This document shows positions 1-10,269 of a DNA stretch of 64,000 nt, piece after piece (the stretch's first letter is position 1; each line of letters starts with the position of its first letter). The notes under the pieces were generated by a model that saw only the letters and a list, made by a program, of their open reading frames with translations, was not told where the DNA came from and made no database searches. Made by a program: the position numbers and the translations under genes. This DNA comes from Bacteroidia bacterium. GTDB taxonomy: Bacteria > Bacteroidota > Bacteroidia > M30B66. Location of the stretch: contig OZ257142.1 in the NCBI GenBank assembly GCA_965279035.1, positions 3,072,001-3,136,000 on the forward strand. Direction: 5' to 3'.

Positions 1-1674
1 TTTCTTCCAGATTTTCGATAGATCAAATCGCTTTCCTTGTTTTGCCCCGTCAGTATAAATGTAAATTATTGAAATTGAGTAAGGGACAACAGCTGATCTT
101 ATCTGACCCATTGAATGCTTCCCTTGACCATAAATCTTTTCAAGCTGAGTAAACAGTATAAATTTAGATATTAAATCTTCGTAAAAATCTCTATTTACAA
201 TGATTGCTTTCTTGCCTTTTGACTCACCAGTAATTTCTTCTAAAAAATATCTAAAAACCTTTTCGCCACCCTTTTTAACAATATAAGGTTGATCACCCCA
301 TGCAGTAAAATATTTACCTAACTGCTCTTTTGAGAAACGATAATTCTTAGGGTATTCTTTTTCAATTCTTGCTTTGTTTGAACCTGCAATTCTAAGTTTG
401 GTATTGAATTCTCCTCTTGATTTTTCAAAGAACCATTTCCTTCCAGAAGGAGTTACGATACTATCGGAAAGTGCTTTTAGTTTATTTAATTGCGGACTTC
501 TTGAACTTAAATCAACATTTGAAACCTTAGTCTGAGAATTAGAGTATCTACTTATATCCGAAATCAAAGTATCTAACCCATCTTCAGATACATCGCGAGC
601 AACATTTATCTTAGCCATTATTTTGACCTTTTCAATTGAAAACCCATCTTTTTGAGTGAAGTAGATGCTGGCAGTTGTTTGACCACCGTTTACAATTTGA
701 AAATCAGTCAATGATTTTATATAAATTTTTCCATCTTTTGATTCAATTTCTTTAGCTGTTGATGTTATTGTAATTCCATTATTGAAAGCAATAAATTTCT
801 CAGGACTTACTCTTATTGTTTCTCTTATTCCTTTGTTCGCACCTTTAAATTGAAGAAATGACCTCACATTCTTTTCAAGTAATCTTGAACTATACCTTTT
901 ATAAAGGTCAGAGAGTATAGTTGCAGGTAGAACACAGAGATAAGATTCAAAGTTTTCTTCCTCTGCGGCTTTAATGGCTTCTATTTTATAATTAAACAAA
1001 TTTTCAAAATCTATAACAAGTGCTTCTCTGTTACCTTGAGAAATTAAAACATCATATAAAAAATTGAGGTCAACTAATTTTTTAATGATCAGTAATTCTT
1101 TAGTAACTCTTTCTCTATTTCTTGTATAAGTAACTGAAATATTTTCATCTTCAAACTCTATCCTTTTTGGCTGTGGGACAGAGCCTCTGGATTCAGTTGT
1201 TGCTGTTGCACTTACTAAGAATATTTCAATAACATCATATTGTTCAGCACCTGTTGAGGATGAGAGTTGAGATAACAATGGTCTAATAGGGTCAGCATCC
1301 TGGACATCTTCATTTAAATATCCTTTGATAGCTTTATTCAAAAACTTTGTTACCCTCTTAAACTGATTGTCATAAAGACTTTTAGTTGAAATTTGCAAAT
1401 CTTTTTCAGATGAAGTAAGGTCTATACTTGATTCATCAACAATAAATAACTGCAATCGTTCTGATGATTCATTAACTGTATATCCATTCAACTTTAAGTT
1501 ATCTGAAGTATTCAAGAAATATGAATCATTCCAGTCTTCTGAATCGAGCAATTTAGCATCAACCATTAAAGGAAGAATTTGACTCAGCAATTGTGTTTGC
1601 TGAACAAATCCCTCATCGTCTTTTGAGCTGTCGAGTAATTCTTTTCTATAACTAAGAAATTCTTGAATTTTCAT
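1..1674 (-). CDS. AIPR family protein (MzaE-like), 3' end runs off the window
   Basis: Not in the ORF track because it has no stop in the window. Manual translation from ATG 1674 (MKIQEFLSYRKELL...) contains the AIPR motifs EKNVRSFL, FNNGIT, QIVNGGQTT and YSNSQ, and the frame is still open at base 1. Confidence 0.9.
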   Translation of the reverse strand, partial: MKIQEFLSYRKELLDSSKDDEGFVQQTQLLSQILPLMVDAKLLDSEDWNDSYFLNTSDNLKLNGYTVNESSERLQLFIVDESSIDLTSSEKDLQISTKSLYDNQFKRVTKFLNKAIKGYLNEDVQDADPIRPLLSQLSSSTGAEQYDVIEIFLVSATATTESRGSVPQPKRIEFEDENISVTYTRNRERVTKELLIIKKLVDLNFLYDVLISQGNREALVIDFENLFNYKIEAIKAAEEENFESYLCVLPATILSDLYKRYSSRLLEKNVRSFLQFKGANKGIRETIRVSPEKFIAFNNGITITSTAKEIESKDGKIYIKSLTDFQIVNGGQTTASIYFTQKDGFSIEKVKIMAKINVARDVSEDGLDTLISDISRYSNSQTKVSNVDLSSRSPQLNKLKALSDSIVTPSGRKWFFEKSRGEFNTKLRIAGSNKARIEKEYPKNYRFSKEQLGKYFTAWGDQPYIVKKGGEKVFRYFLEEITGESKGKKAIIVNRDFYEDLISKFILFTQLEKIYGQGKHSMGQIRSAVVPYSISIIYIYTDGAKQGKRFDLSKIWKK

Positions 1675-1676
1675 AT

Positions 1677-2645
1677 TTAAAATTCATTTTGTTCAATGAT
1701 AAAAGATGTAAGCAAGTTCGTTCTCAGGGAGTATTTCAAACCATTTACTTCTTCTGGAATATTTGATTTACTAAGTTTTGGGAAATTTTCATCTGCACAG
1801 TTGTATGATGTCCAGTTGACTGGCTTAAATCTGTATTTATCATACTGTATCAAATTTTTAGCAGTTATATTCTTTTGGCTTAATGCCTTCCATAAAATTG
1901 TATTGTCACCGGAAGATTCCTGAACCAATTTCTTTATTTCTGAAATCAAATCTCTGATATGAATACCAACGTTGAAATCACTTAATAATGAGACAACAAT
2001 CAATTCAAGTCCTTTGCCTCGAGAAACTTCCAACTGAAATTCACTTGATATTTTAACATCAATGCCAGATGGAGATTTTGATTTTACTTCTATATTTTTA
2101 CTTTCTAATTCAAAGTCATTCCCTTTATCATAAAGGCCAGTCCACGCCTCCATAAGAAAATTGATTTCGGGCCTATCTTGTGCAGTTAATAATAATTTCA
2201 GAACCAATAATTCTCCTATGATGCCTTTTATAGCTTCCTCAGAGAGTAAATCTGATTTCCTTTCTTCAAAGAATTCACTCCATCTGTAAAAGGTCTGAAT
2301 GAAATAATTTGAATATTCATCAACCTGACTGATACTTTTTATGCCATGATAGAGAGAGAGGATAAGGTCATCAAAAAGGTCGTTGAAATCACTATGAGTT
2401 AATTGAAGTACGATTAGATTTTTTTCTCTGAAGTATTCAATGGATAAATTTTCTTTTTGAACTCCTTTGAAATCTAAACTCTTGTTGCTCTGCAATGCAA
2501 GTATCAAACATCTCTTCCCTTCGTTGCTAACACCAAGGTAAAGTTCACAAATACAGTCAGCGGAAATTCTTAGAGATCGAAAGCCACTTGTTAAAGTATT
2601 CTCTGAAAGCCCTGACCACTTTTGCTTTAAATCAATACTTGTCAT
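1677..2645 (-). CDS. PD-(D/E)XK motif protein, DUF4420-like (MzaD-like)
   Basis: GIIGEL...WTG...DF...IEVKS...ISSEFQL pattern; lies between Z1 and AIPR genes. Confidence 0.85.
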   Translation of the reverse strand: MTSIDLKQKWSGLSENTLTSGFRSLRISADCICELYLGVSNEGKRCLILALQSNKSLDFKGVQKENLSIEYFREKNLIVLQLTHSDFNDLFDDLILSLYHGIKSISQVDEYSNYFIQTFYRWSEFFEERKSDLLSEEAIKGIIGELLVLKLLLTAQDRPEINFLMEAWTGLYDKGNDFELESKNIEVKSKSPSGIDVKISSEFQLEVSRGKGLELIVVSLLSDFNVGIHIRDLISEIKKLVQESSGDNTILWKALSQKNITAKNLIQYDKYRFKPVNWTSYNCADENFPKLSKSNIPEEVNGLKYSLRTNLLTSFIIEQNEF

Positions 2646-2647
2646 AA

Positions 2648-5600
2648 TTATATTTCGTTTGCATCCTCTGGCAATTCAGAATCAATTAAATTAAACTCTA
2701 TTTCATCTTCCTCTTCAAATCCATAATTACCATGAACATATACTCCACCGGGATCTGGTTCAATTGGTGGAAAACCAATGGCATATCCAATCAATGGAAT
2801 GTTCAAATCAATTCTTTCGTTTTCAACAAACGTTTTCATTTCAGGATCTTCCATACCCTTTTCTTGGAGAAAAACATAGTATGAATCTAAAACATAAATT
2901 AAAAGTAATCCTTCTTGGTCTGTCATTTTTTCCCGATACACTCTTTCGGGAACGTTTATTTTTTCTACTTCTTTTTCTACCTTTTTAATAGACCAATCAG
3001 GATATTTAATTTGATATTCCCTTTTTTTAATTTCCCGATATTCCCTTTCAGCATCTTGAATTTGGGATTGTGTTAAAAGAATTGATAAGTCTTGATTTGC
3101 AGAAATAATATGGGCTGATTTGCCAGATGCACTAAAAAGTTTATTGTGAATAAATTGGTTTCTATAGTGTTTTGCAGCAACAGTTTCTCCTGGTCCTCTT
3201 CTGATTGTCATTCCAATATTGATTACCAAATTCGATTCTTCCTTTTTCAAGATACCTTTGCCTTTTACATCATCTGCTCTTCCTGTGGCTTTAATTGCTA
3301 TTGTCCAGTTTTGAAGTTTTTTGTCAGATTGACATCTTTGTAAAAACTTTATCATGCTATCGCATCTGTCTTTACCGAAATTATTTTCTTGTTCAAGTAT
3401 GGTAATCATTCCAACTATATCTGTTTGGGCTACAAGAAAACTGACATCTTTTTCACCATGCTTTATGTATGGTTCAAAATTTAACTTAGTGACAATATTA
3501 TTTTTAAAACTCGAAAAAACACTTTCTATTTTTTCTTTTATTAACTCAAATTTTGTTGTTTCTTCAAGTTCATCCTGATATGACCAATTGACTTCTAAAG
3601 TATCCCTGAGAATGGATGGACGAGTAATTTTAAGAGCTCCGGGATGTTTCTTTACCCGAAGTATAAAATTAGCAGGTGTTTTATCTTTCTCTTCCATTTT
3701 CCTGAACTCAGTTTCAAGTTCTTCTATGGTTCTTGTAACCAAATCATATTTCTCCATTGAATCTCGGGTAATGAAAAGTTTACAACAATCCAGATATCCT
3801 GGTCTGTAACCAAACCATCTTCCCATTTGTAGCAAAGCATCAGAATAATCGGTTGATCGGACAAAATAGTTTATGCTTAATCCCTCAAGAGTAAATCCAC
3901 GGGATAATCTATTTCCACCAATGGCAATATATTTCTTCGGCGTGTTCTTCGGATAAACAAGTTTGTCGCCAGTAGAACTATTGACTGCTTTAACTTCAAT
4001 CCCTTTAATTGAATCGGTGAGAAAATTATTTTTTATAGTTTCAAAACTAATAGGTTTTAGAAATTCATCGTCGTATCCTTTCGGCAAATAGTCAGAAACA
4101 TGTTCAATAATTGTTGAGTAGTATTTGAACCAGATTCTCTCAAAGGTTGCAAAGATGGAACTAGGATTACTCGGGTCATCTAGTTGTAAACTACTTTGCA
4201 TGTCTCTTAAATACCCATCAATTAAATCTTTCAGACTGTTTTGCCATAGAGTGTATCTCGAAATGTGAATCAACATTGAATTATGCGGATTGAACATTGT
4301 AGAATTTACCATAGCAGGTTTCCTGCTTTCACGAATTGCAATTGAGAGAATAAAACAGAGAATACTTTCTTTTATTGAATCTGGCAATCTTTTTGGGAAT
4401 CCATCTCCAGTTCTGGAAGACCTTGTTTGTCTTCTGTATTCGCTGTAATCAGCAAAATCAAGATAAGAATTAAACTGTCCAATCTTTTCGTTCCAGTCAT
4501 TTTGATTTTTGATTTTCAACACACCTACCAATTCACTTTCGTTAGAAAAATAAACCTTGTCTGGGAAATGTTCAATGTTATCATCCACAAGTTCAACCAA
4601 AGGAATTTTTAATTCAGCTTTGTTATCTATTGGTTTTGTTGTCTCAAAAATTTGCTTTGCTCCAACATAATTTGTTGGTGGATTTAGCAGCACAATAAAA
4701 TCATCTGGAAATAAATTATCAACTCGTTGCAAGGCTTTTTCCTCCGTCTGTCTTCTAACCTTATATTTTACAATCCAGTTATTTTCAGGTGCATCATTTC
4801 TGTCAGCAAGAATATTTGCAAATGGTGTTGCTGTATAGCCCAAATATGTTTTGCGTTTAAACAATGCAAGTAAAGCCCTAATGTGTCCATTTGTTTTTGA
4901 TGCATATTCTCTTCCTAATTTGCCTTCATTGTTCAATGATGCGTTGTCTGCTTCATCATCCAAAATAAGCAATGGAATATCGTGTTGGTCTTTGTTTTCT
5001 TCAAGGTAGTCATGCAGCCATACAATCAGGTTACGCAACACACTCACATTGTTCTTACATACAAGTATGTTCGTATGATTAAGTGAGAAGTCTGCATCAA
5101 GTAAGTTCTTTTTAAAATCCGATTTTGCTGATGTAATAGAAATGACTTGAGTGACGCTGCTATCACCCATATTTCCAAACCTTCTTATTGCGCCAACTCC
5201 TTTTTTTACCAAAGTATCAGTATCAATATCAAGCCCTTCTCCCACCACATCACTTTCAATTCTTAATTGTGTTTGATTTCTCAAATCCTCCATTAAACCT
5301 GCAAGAACAATTATTAATCCGTAACCAGAATCAATTGCACGGTTGATTACAGCATTAAAGTTTTGGGTTTTCCCTGCTTGAACACTACCGACTACTAAAC
5401 CCTTGACATAAAACTCCTCTCTTGATTTTGGATCTCCCATCTTTCCCAAAATTTCAAGGCTTGTTGTTTTTGTTTCGTCAATTACTTTTTCAGAACGCCC
5501 GGCTTTTTCAAGTAAAGTGAAATATCTGTCGCTATAATTCCAAGAGTTTTTCATCTCCTCTTTTCTTTCTGCTGTCAGCCAAGTTTTGAATCCTTTTTTT

Positions 5601-5854
5601 GTTAATGAATTACTTGGGTCAATATCAATTGGATTAACAGACAAATACTGATTCTTGGCAGTCTCAAAATAATTTTTCAAAGTTACCTCATCAATTTCAG
5701 GATAACTCAAATGTTTAATGATTATGTTAATTGAATCTTTAATCTCGGGTAATAGGTTCAAAAAATAATTAGGGGATAAAGAATTATTTTTTGAGTATTC
5801 CTTTGCTTTTCCTTCGATAATTTTGATTATGATGTCAATGTATCTATTCTTCAT
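2648..5854 (-). CDS. Z1-domain SF2 helicase-like/endonuclease protein (MzaC-like)
   Basis: GLVVGSVQAGKT, ILDDEAD, YTATPFAN, GGNRLSRGFTLEGL and LLQMGRWFGYR motifs. Confidence 0.9.
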   Translation of the reverse strand: MKNRYIDIIIKIIEGKAKEYSKNNSLSPNYFLNLLPEIKDSINIIIKHLSYPEIDEVTLKNYFETAKNQYLSVNPIDIDPSNSLTKKGFKTWLTAERKEEMKNSWNYSDRYFTLLEKAGRSEKVIDETKTTSLEILGKMGDPKSREEFYVKGLVVGSVQAGKTQNFNAVINRAIDSGYGLIIVLAGLMEDLRNQTQLRIESDVVGEGLDIDTDTLVKKGVGAIRRFGNMGDSSVTQVISITSAKSDFKKNLLDADFSLNHTNILVCKNNVSVLRNLIVWLHDYLEENKDQHDIPLLILDDEADNASLNNEGKLGREYASKTNGHIRALLALFKRKTYLGYTATPFANILADRNDAPENNWIVKYKVRRQTEEKALQRVDNLFPDDFIVLLNPPTNYVGAKQIFETTKPIDNKAELKIPLVELVDDNIEHFPDKVYFSNESELVGVLKIKNQNDWNEKIGQFNSYLDFADYSEYRRQTRSSRTGDGFPKRLPDSIKESILCFILSIAIRESRKPAMVNSTMFNPHNSMLIHISRYTLWQNSLKDLIDGYLRDMQSSLQLDDPSNPSSIFATFERIWFKYYSTIIEHVSDYLPKGYDDEFLKPISFETIKNNFLTDSIKGIEVKAVNSSTGDKLVYPKNTPKKYIAIGGNRLSRGFTLEGLSINYFVRSTDYSDALLQMGRWFGYRPGYLDCCKLFITRDSMEKYDLVTRTIEELETEFRKMEEKDKTPANFILRVKKHPGALKITRPSILRDTLEVNWSYQDELEETTKFELIKEKIESVFSSFKNNIVTKLNFEPYIKHGEKDVSFLVAQTDIVGMITILEQENNFGKDRCDSMIKFLQRCQSDKKLQNWTIAIKATGRADDVKGKGILKKEESNLVINIGMTIRRGPGETVAAKHYRNQFIHNKLFSASGKSAHIISANQDLSILLTQSQIQDAEREYREIKKREYQIKYPDWSIKKVEKEVEKINVPERVYREKMTDQEGLLLIYVLDSYYVFLQEKGMEDPEMKTFVENERIDLNIPLIGYAIGFPPIEPDPGGVYVHGNYGFEEEDEIEFNLIDSELPEDANEI

Positions 5855-5859
5855 AAAAT

Positions 5860-7377
5860 TTATTTTAATAGTTGAATGACTTCTTGAGGTAATGAACTTT
5901 CAGTAAACCCGAGATTTGGAAGAATATCTTTTTTTATCAGTTCAGATGACAGCCCGCTTTCTATGAGTTGGTTGACACATGTAATTAAATCTTTCAAAGA
6001 CAATCCATCTTTCTCTTCAATGCCTACAAATTCTTTCTCCTCATGAGTTTGTCTGATTTCATTAATCCTTGTATTTATCATCCGAATGATCAAATTCAAT
6101 TTTACTAATTGATCTTTTTCCAATTCACTCATCAATGATTTTAGTAAAGGAAAACTATTGTTTACTTCCAACAAAGTCCCTTTACTGCTTGCTTTTCTCT
6201 CAAAGAGTTGCACATTATCCTCTTTGCGATTTGCTGAAAACTTTCTGATTCCTTTATTGAAAAATTCTCTTTCAGCCTGAATTTTCAATTCATCAATATA
6301 TTTTTCAAAAGCAACTGTTAAATCATGTGGTATTTCAATTTGTGATTTTGCTACATTCAAATGCAATAAATGGTCAACACTGTTGCCTATATCAACACGT
6401 AATCTTGCTAATTGAAGTCGAGGTGCTTTTTTAATTAAGCCATTCCATCCTCCAAAGTGAATTAACCTGTCTGCTCTGTATATATATATTCCTTCCATAT
6501 CCATTAAACTTCGGTTTTTTGTTGTCCATTTGGATATACTTTGGCTTTCATCAATACTTCTGGAAGGAAGAACAAAACCTTCAATTTTAATTGTATCTGT
6601 GCTGAATTGTTTTTGCTTGAATTCTATAGGCCTAAAATCTGTTTCCTGTGTTGGGAAAGGATTAAAAGATGCTATGAGATTGTTGTTAATTCTAATTAGT
6701 AACGGATTGTCTTTTCTCTCCATATATCTATGAAATACTAATGATAAATAATCCGAGGTAACTTCTGTTATTTGTTTCTTTAATGCTGATTGCCTTTTCT
6801 CTTCTTCTAAATAATTTTCAAACTTGTAGAGCCCTTGCCAGACTACAATTGTATTTGCCTCAAAATTTTCAAAGCGATTTAAATGTCCTTCACTGAGGAT
6901 TCGATATTGTTTAATGAGGTTTTCTATTTCTATTTGATTATTTACAATCAGACGCCATTTACCAACTTGCTTCAGATAGTTGACATCCCAAGTTCTACCA
7001 TAAAATTCCTTAGTTCCCTTTTTCCTAGACAAAACGGTAAAGCATCTAGTTTGTGAAAAGGAGGCCGTCTTCATACCTAATCCAAATCTTCCTAAATCAA
7101 GAGCATTTCTCTCTTCTTCTGGTGAGTTACTTGGAAACTGCATACTTGCTTTAAGTGCTTCCTCATTCATTCCATCACCATTATCAGCAATGAACAAGGC
7201 AAATGGCTCTTGTTCCATCTTAATAAGCACTTCAATTTTGTTAGCGTTTGCTGAAACAGAATTGTCCATCAAATCAGCTAATGATGATTCCAAACTATAT
7301 CCCTGTTCAGCAATTGATTTTATGAGATACTCAGGATTGGGATCTGCAATCTCTGAAAGTGGATTTCTATTTTCCAT
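5860..7377 (-). CDS. MORC/MutL-type GHKL ATPase (MzaB-like)
   Basis: LADLMDNSVSA, DNGDGM and LGRFGLGMKTAS GHKL motifs; ATG 7377 overlaps the dcm stop. Confidence 0.9.
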   Translation of the reverse strand: MENRNPLSEIADPNPEYLIKSIAEQGYSLESSLADLMDNSVSANANKIEVLIKMEQEPFALFIADNGDGMNEEALKASMQFPSNSPEEERNALDLGRFGLGMKTASFSQTRCFTVLSRKKGTKEFYGRTWDVNYLKQVGKWRLIVNNQIEIENLIKQYRILSEGHLNRFENFEANTIVVWQGLYKFENYLEEEKRQSALKKQITEVTSDYLSLVFHRYMERKDNPLLIRINNNLIASFNPFPTQETDFRPIEFKQKQFSTDTIKIEGFVLPSRSIDESQSISKWTTKNRSLMDMEGIYIYRADRLIHFGGWNGLIKKAPRLQLARLRVDIGNSVDHLLHLNVAKSQIEIPHDLTVAFEKYIDELKIQAEREFFNKGIRKFSANRKEDNVQLFERKASSKGTLLEVNNSFPLLKSLMSELEKDQLVKLNLIIRMINTRINEIRQTHEEKEFVGIEEKDGLSLKDLITCVNQLIESGLSSELIKKDILPNLGFTESSLPQEVIQLLK

Positions 7378-8626
7378 CAAAAAGTTGACTAATTGTATTT
7401 GCTATTGTTTTAGCCATTAATGGCGGTACTGCATTTCCAATTTGTTTGAATGCTGCAGTTCTATTAGCACTTTCTTTTTCGCCTTCAAAATAATAATCAT
7501 CTGGAAATGATTGAAGACGTGCAGCTTCTCTTACGCTAATTGATCTATTTTGCTTTATATCTGGATGAATATAATAATGCCCGTCTTTGGAAATATGAGC
7601 AACAACAGTTTGAGAATAGGGTAAATCAGAGGCGACTACTTTAAACCTATCAAAAAATGAAGTTCGATTTTGATGAGTCTTTAAATTTTCTGGTAAATCA
7701 TTATAATTCAACCGTTCTTTTTTCTTTTCCCATTTTTTAACTGCAATCTTATATATTTCTTTATCCTGATCACGATGAGGACGTGAAATATGTTGAGTTA
7801 AAACATTTAGACCATTTCTAAATGCATGCCTTTTTAAATAATCTGAAGCTTCTGATTTATATTTAACAAATTTATCTATACCATCTCCTGCATTTATTGC
7901 TGGCAAGTCCATTAATAAGTCGTTTACTTTAAAGTTGCTTTCACAATTTATATCTTCAAGATTAGGAATATTTATATTTAACTTTTTTTGCCAACCAAGA
8001 ATAACAATACGTTTTCTATTTTGTAAAACTTCGAAATTTTTTGCCTCTAGTGTGAAAAGCTTAATCAGATATCCTTTGCTTTGAAACAACCTTTCCATTT
8101 CTGCAAGATAGTGACCCTGTTTTGCAGATTTAAGTCCAAGAACATTTTCGAAAACAAACATTTTGGGTTTATATTTTTGTAAATAACCAGCATATTGAAT
8201 AAATAAATAATTCCTAGGATCACCCTCCATTTTGGTCTTTGATCTAGACCTTCCAACTAAAGAATACGCTTGACAAGGTGGTCCACCAATTATTAAATCA
8301 ACTTTTCTATTTCCTAATATTCCTTTAATTTTTTTATGAATTAATTGATTATTATCATCACCTATTGGCAAGTTAATAATAGAATCCAAAATTTGATTTG
8401 GAACATTCGCATAAAGCTGCTCACGTGTAATTTCACCTTTGAGGTAAGATGTATATTTATCATACTTCTTAATTCCTTTTAAATAATGAAATACAGCCCG
8501 TGTTCGAAGTGTATTACAGGCTGATTTTTCAATTTCAACATGAGCTATTGGTTCAAAACCAGCTTGAATAAAACCTTCTGAAAGTCCACCTGCACCAGCA
8601 AATAAGTCTATGAAATTGTAAGCCAT
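7367..8626 (-). CDS. dcm: DNA (cytosine-5)-methyltransferase
   Basis: DLFAGAGG, GGPPCQ, FENV, QNRKR, REAARLQSFPD and QIGNAVPP motifs. Confidence 0.95.
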   Translation of the reverse strand: MAYNFIDLFAGAGGLSEGFIQAGFEPIAHVEIEKSACNTLRTRAVFHYLKGIKKYDKYTSYLKGEITREQLYANVPNQILDSIINLPIGDDNNQLIHKKIKGILGNRKVDLIIGGPPCQAYSLVGRSRSKTKMEGDPRNYLFIQYAGYLQKYKPKMFVFENVLGLKSAKQGHYLAEMERLFQSKGYLIKLFTLEAKNFEVLQNRKRIVILGWQKKLNINIPNLEDINCESNFKVNDLLMDLPAINAGDGIDKFVKYKSEASDYLKRHAFRNGLNVLTQHISRPHRDQDKEIYKIAVKKWEKKKERLNYNDLPENLKTHQNRTSFFDRFKVVASDLPYSQTVVAHISKDGHYYIHPDIKQNRSISVREAARLQSFPDDYYFEGEKESANRTAAFKQIGNAVPPLMAKTIANTISQLFDGK

Positions 8627-8950
8627 TATATCTTTTTGAATTTGCCTAAATTAACCATTTTTCAAATCCAAGTACAGTTAAGAACACTTTAAAGCTAAGG
8701 AGTTTTTAACTGAACTTTATTACTTTTAAATGACAACTTGATACTTTCTCTTTCTTTATCATAAGTTAATTTGATACTGAATTCTTTTCGTTTTAATAAT
8801 CGAATTCAATTCATCCAAAGTTAATAATGCATACTTAGTTGATTTTGGGTGTAACAAAACAGAATTAATATTACAATATGCTAAAACATAAAATTTATCA
8901 ATTATGAAATCTCCAAACATCCCCCACAAAAAAACACCAGCCGATTAACT

Positions 8951-9058
8951 AGTATCAAGTAAAGAGTATTAAGTACAAAGGTTGTATAATGTATAGATTA
9001 CCAAGCACTTAGACCGCTTAATACACTAACCTCATTACTCTTTATTAACAACCAAACT
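8951..9058. repeat. Degenerate third copy of the paaZ-tail/heptamer hairpin repeat
   Basis: AGTATCAAGTAAAGAGTATTAAGTACAAAG...CTTAATACACTAACCTCATTACTCTTTATTAACAACCAAACT aligns with 12302-12377 and 11610-11652. Confidence 0.65.
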
Positions 9059-9077
9059 AAGCCATCAGATTCAAGTT

Positions 9078-9536
9078 CTATTTAAAAATCCGCTTGTCAA
9101 ATGGGAACTTTTGAATGTTCTGGATACGTATTCTACTAAAATCTTTATGGTTTGGATTGATTAGCACATTGAAATCGCCTTGAGTGACAACCGAAGGGAT
9201 AAATGCCACACAGTACTTATTTTCTGTTACAAAGTCATTTCCTATTTTCTGAGTGCTGAATGGATGTGGAAATTCTTTCCAATTAATGGGTAATTCCCTT
9301 TCTTGAATGTGCTTTACTTCGATATCATCGGGAATGTAAATGCTAATCATCACATAATCGTCGGGTAAAGTGGCCAAGGTAAAATGTACTGCCACTTCGG
9401 CCATAGCAAGTGAGCGGTTATTGGCGGTGTAAATGAGTTCTATCCCCACCGAATTCCATCTTGCTCCTTTTAAAGCAGCTCCTAATCCAGATAATGGTGT
9501 AGCATATTGCTCTCTTGCAAGACGATATACTTCCAT
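9078..9536 (-). CDS. RES-domain toxin (NAD+-targeting, MbcT/ParT-like)
   Basis: VYRL...SGLGA...GARWN...Y...SLAMAE...IPS...NVLINPNH. Confidence 0.9.
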   Translation of the reverse strand: MEVYRLAREQYATPLSGLGAALKGARWNSVGIELIYTANNRSLAMAEVAVHFTLATLPDDYVMISIYIPDDIEVKHIQERELPINWKEFPHPFSTQKIGNDFVTENKYCVAFIPSVVTQGDFNVLINPNHKDFSRIRIQNIQKFPFDKRIFK

Positions 9537-10040
9537 TTAAACCAATATTCCGTAGTTAATGCGGGTTAATTCACTCATGACCATTTCTTTGCCATAGGAA
9601 TCTTTGAGCAGTTCAATAGGCTTTAATGAACCCAAAGCATAACTAGGAGTATTGAGCCACAAGCGGAGTTTGTCACTACTTCCAAACACTTCTATACCCA
9701 ATTTCGTTACTTCGGCCATTTCAATAATCTTTTCTGAATGAATAGACTTGAATTGATAGGCAGTTGCCACTCTGTAGCGTTGAAGTGATTTGGTAGAAAT
9801 ATCAAGAAAACTAGCCCAATCATTTTCCGAGAATGGCGTGTATTCTTGTATTAAATCGAATAATGAATAGGGTATACCTGCACGAATGGCAAGTATGATG
9901 AGCATCTTATCTTTTAAGAATTCCTCGTAACTAATTGTTCCTTTTACTGCAGCAGCATATCCGCTAAAGCGATGCGTTTTAAAATAGCTTGAAATTTCCT
10001 TGTTTAGCCTACCTTCTAGCTTTGTTGTTGCGCTTGCCAT
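9537..10040 (-). CDS. Xre/MbcA/ParS-type antitoxin (DUF2384)
   Basis: HTH plus C-terminal VFGS...WLNTP..ALG..KPIELL; abuts the RES gene. Likely start is ATG 10040, because the longer ORF runs into the repeat and IS end. Confidence 0.88.
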   Translation of the reverse strand: MASATTKLEGRLNKEISSYFKTHRFSGYAAAVKGTISYEEFLKDKMLIILAIRAGIPYSLFDLIQEYTPFSENDWASFLDISTKSLQRYRVATAYQFKSIHSEKIIEMAEVTKLGIEVFGSSDKLRLWLNTPSYALGSLKPIELLKDSYGKEMVMSELTRINYGILV

Positions 10041-10269
10041 AACCGCTCGTTTTAGACACTTGTCTGCAAGTATAAGACAAATATCCAAACGAAACAACAC
10101 GGATATTGTTTCAGTGTGAGTGTAAAAAGTATTAAGTAAAAAGTACCAAGTATCAAGTACAAAGATGTCCTTGCCTAAAATAGGTTGACTTTTTATTATC
10201 ACTTTCTACTTTGTTAAAGTAGTTTATTGTTTGTTGTTTTAAGTTTCTTTTTTGGTTCTTTTTTCTTTG

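Noticed and set aside
10041-10202. N-terminal 54 aa of the 221-aa antitoxin ORF
   Set aside because: It runs through the IS3 end and the heptamer repeat; the real start is more likely ATG 10040.
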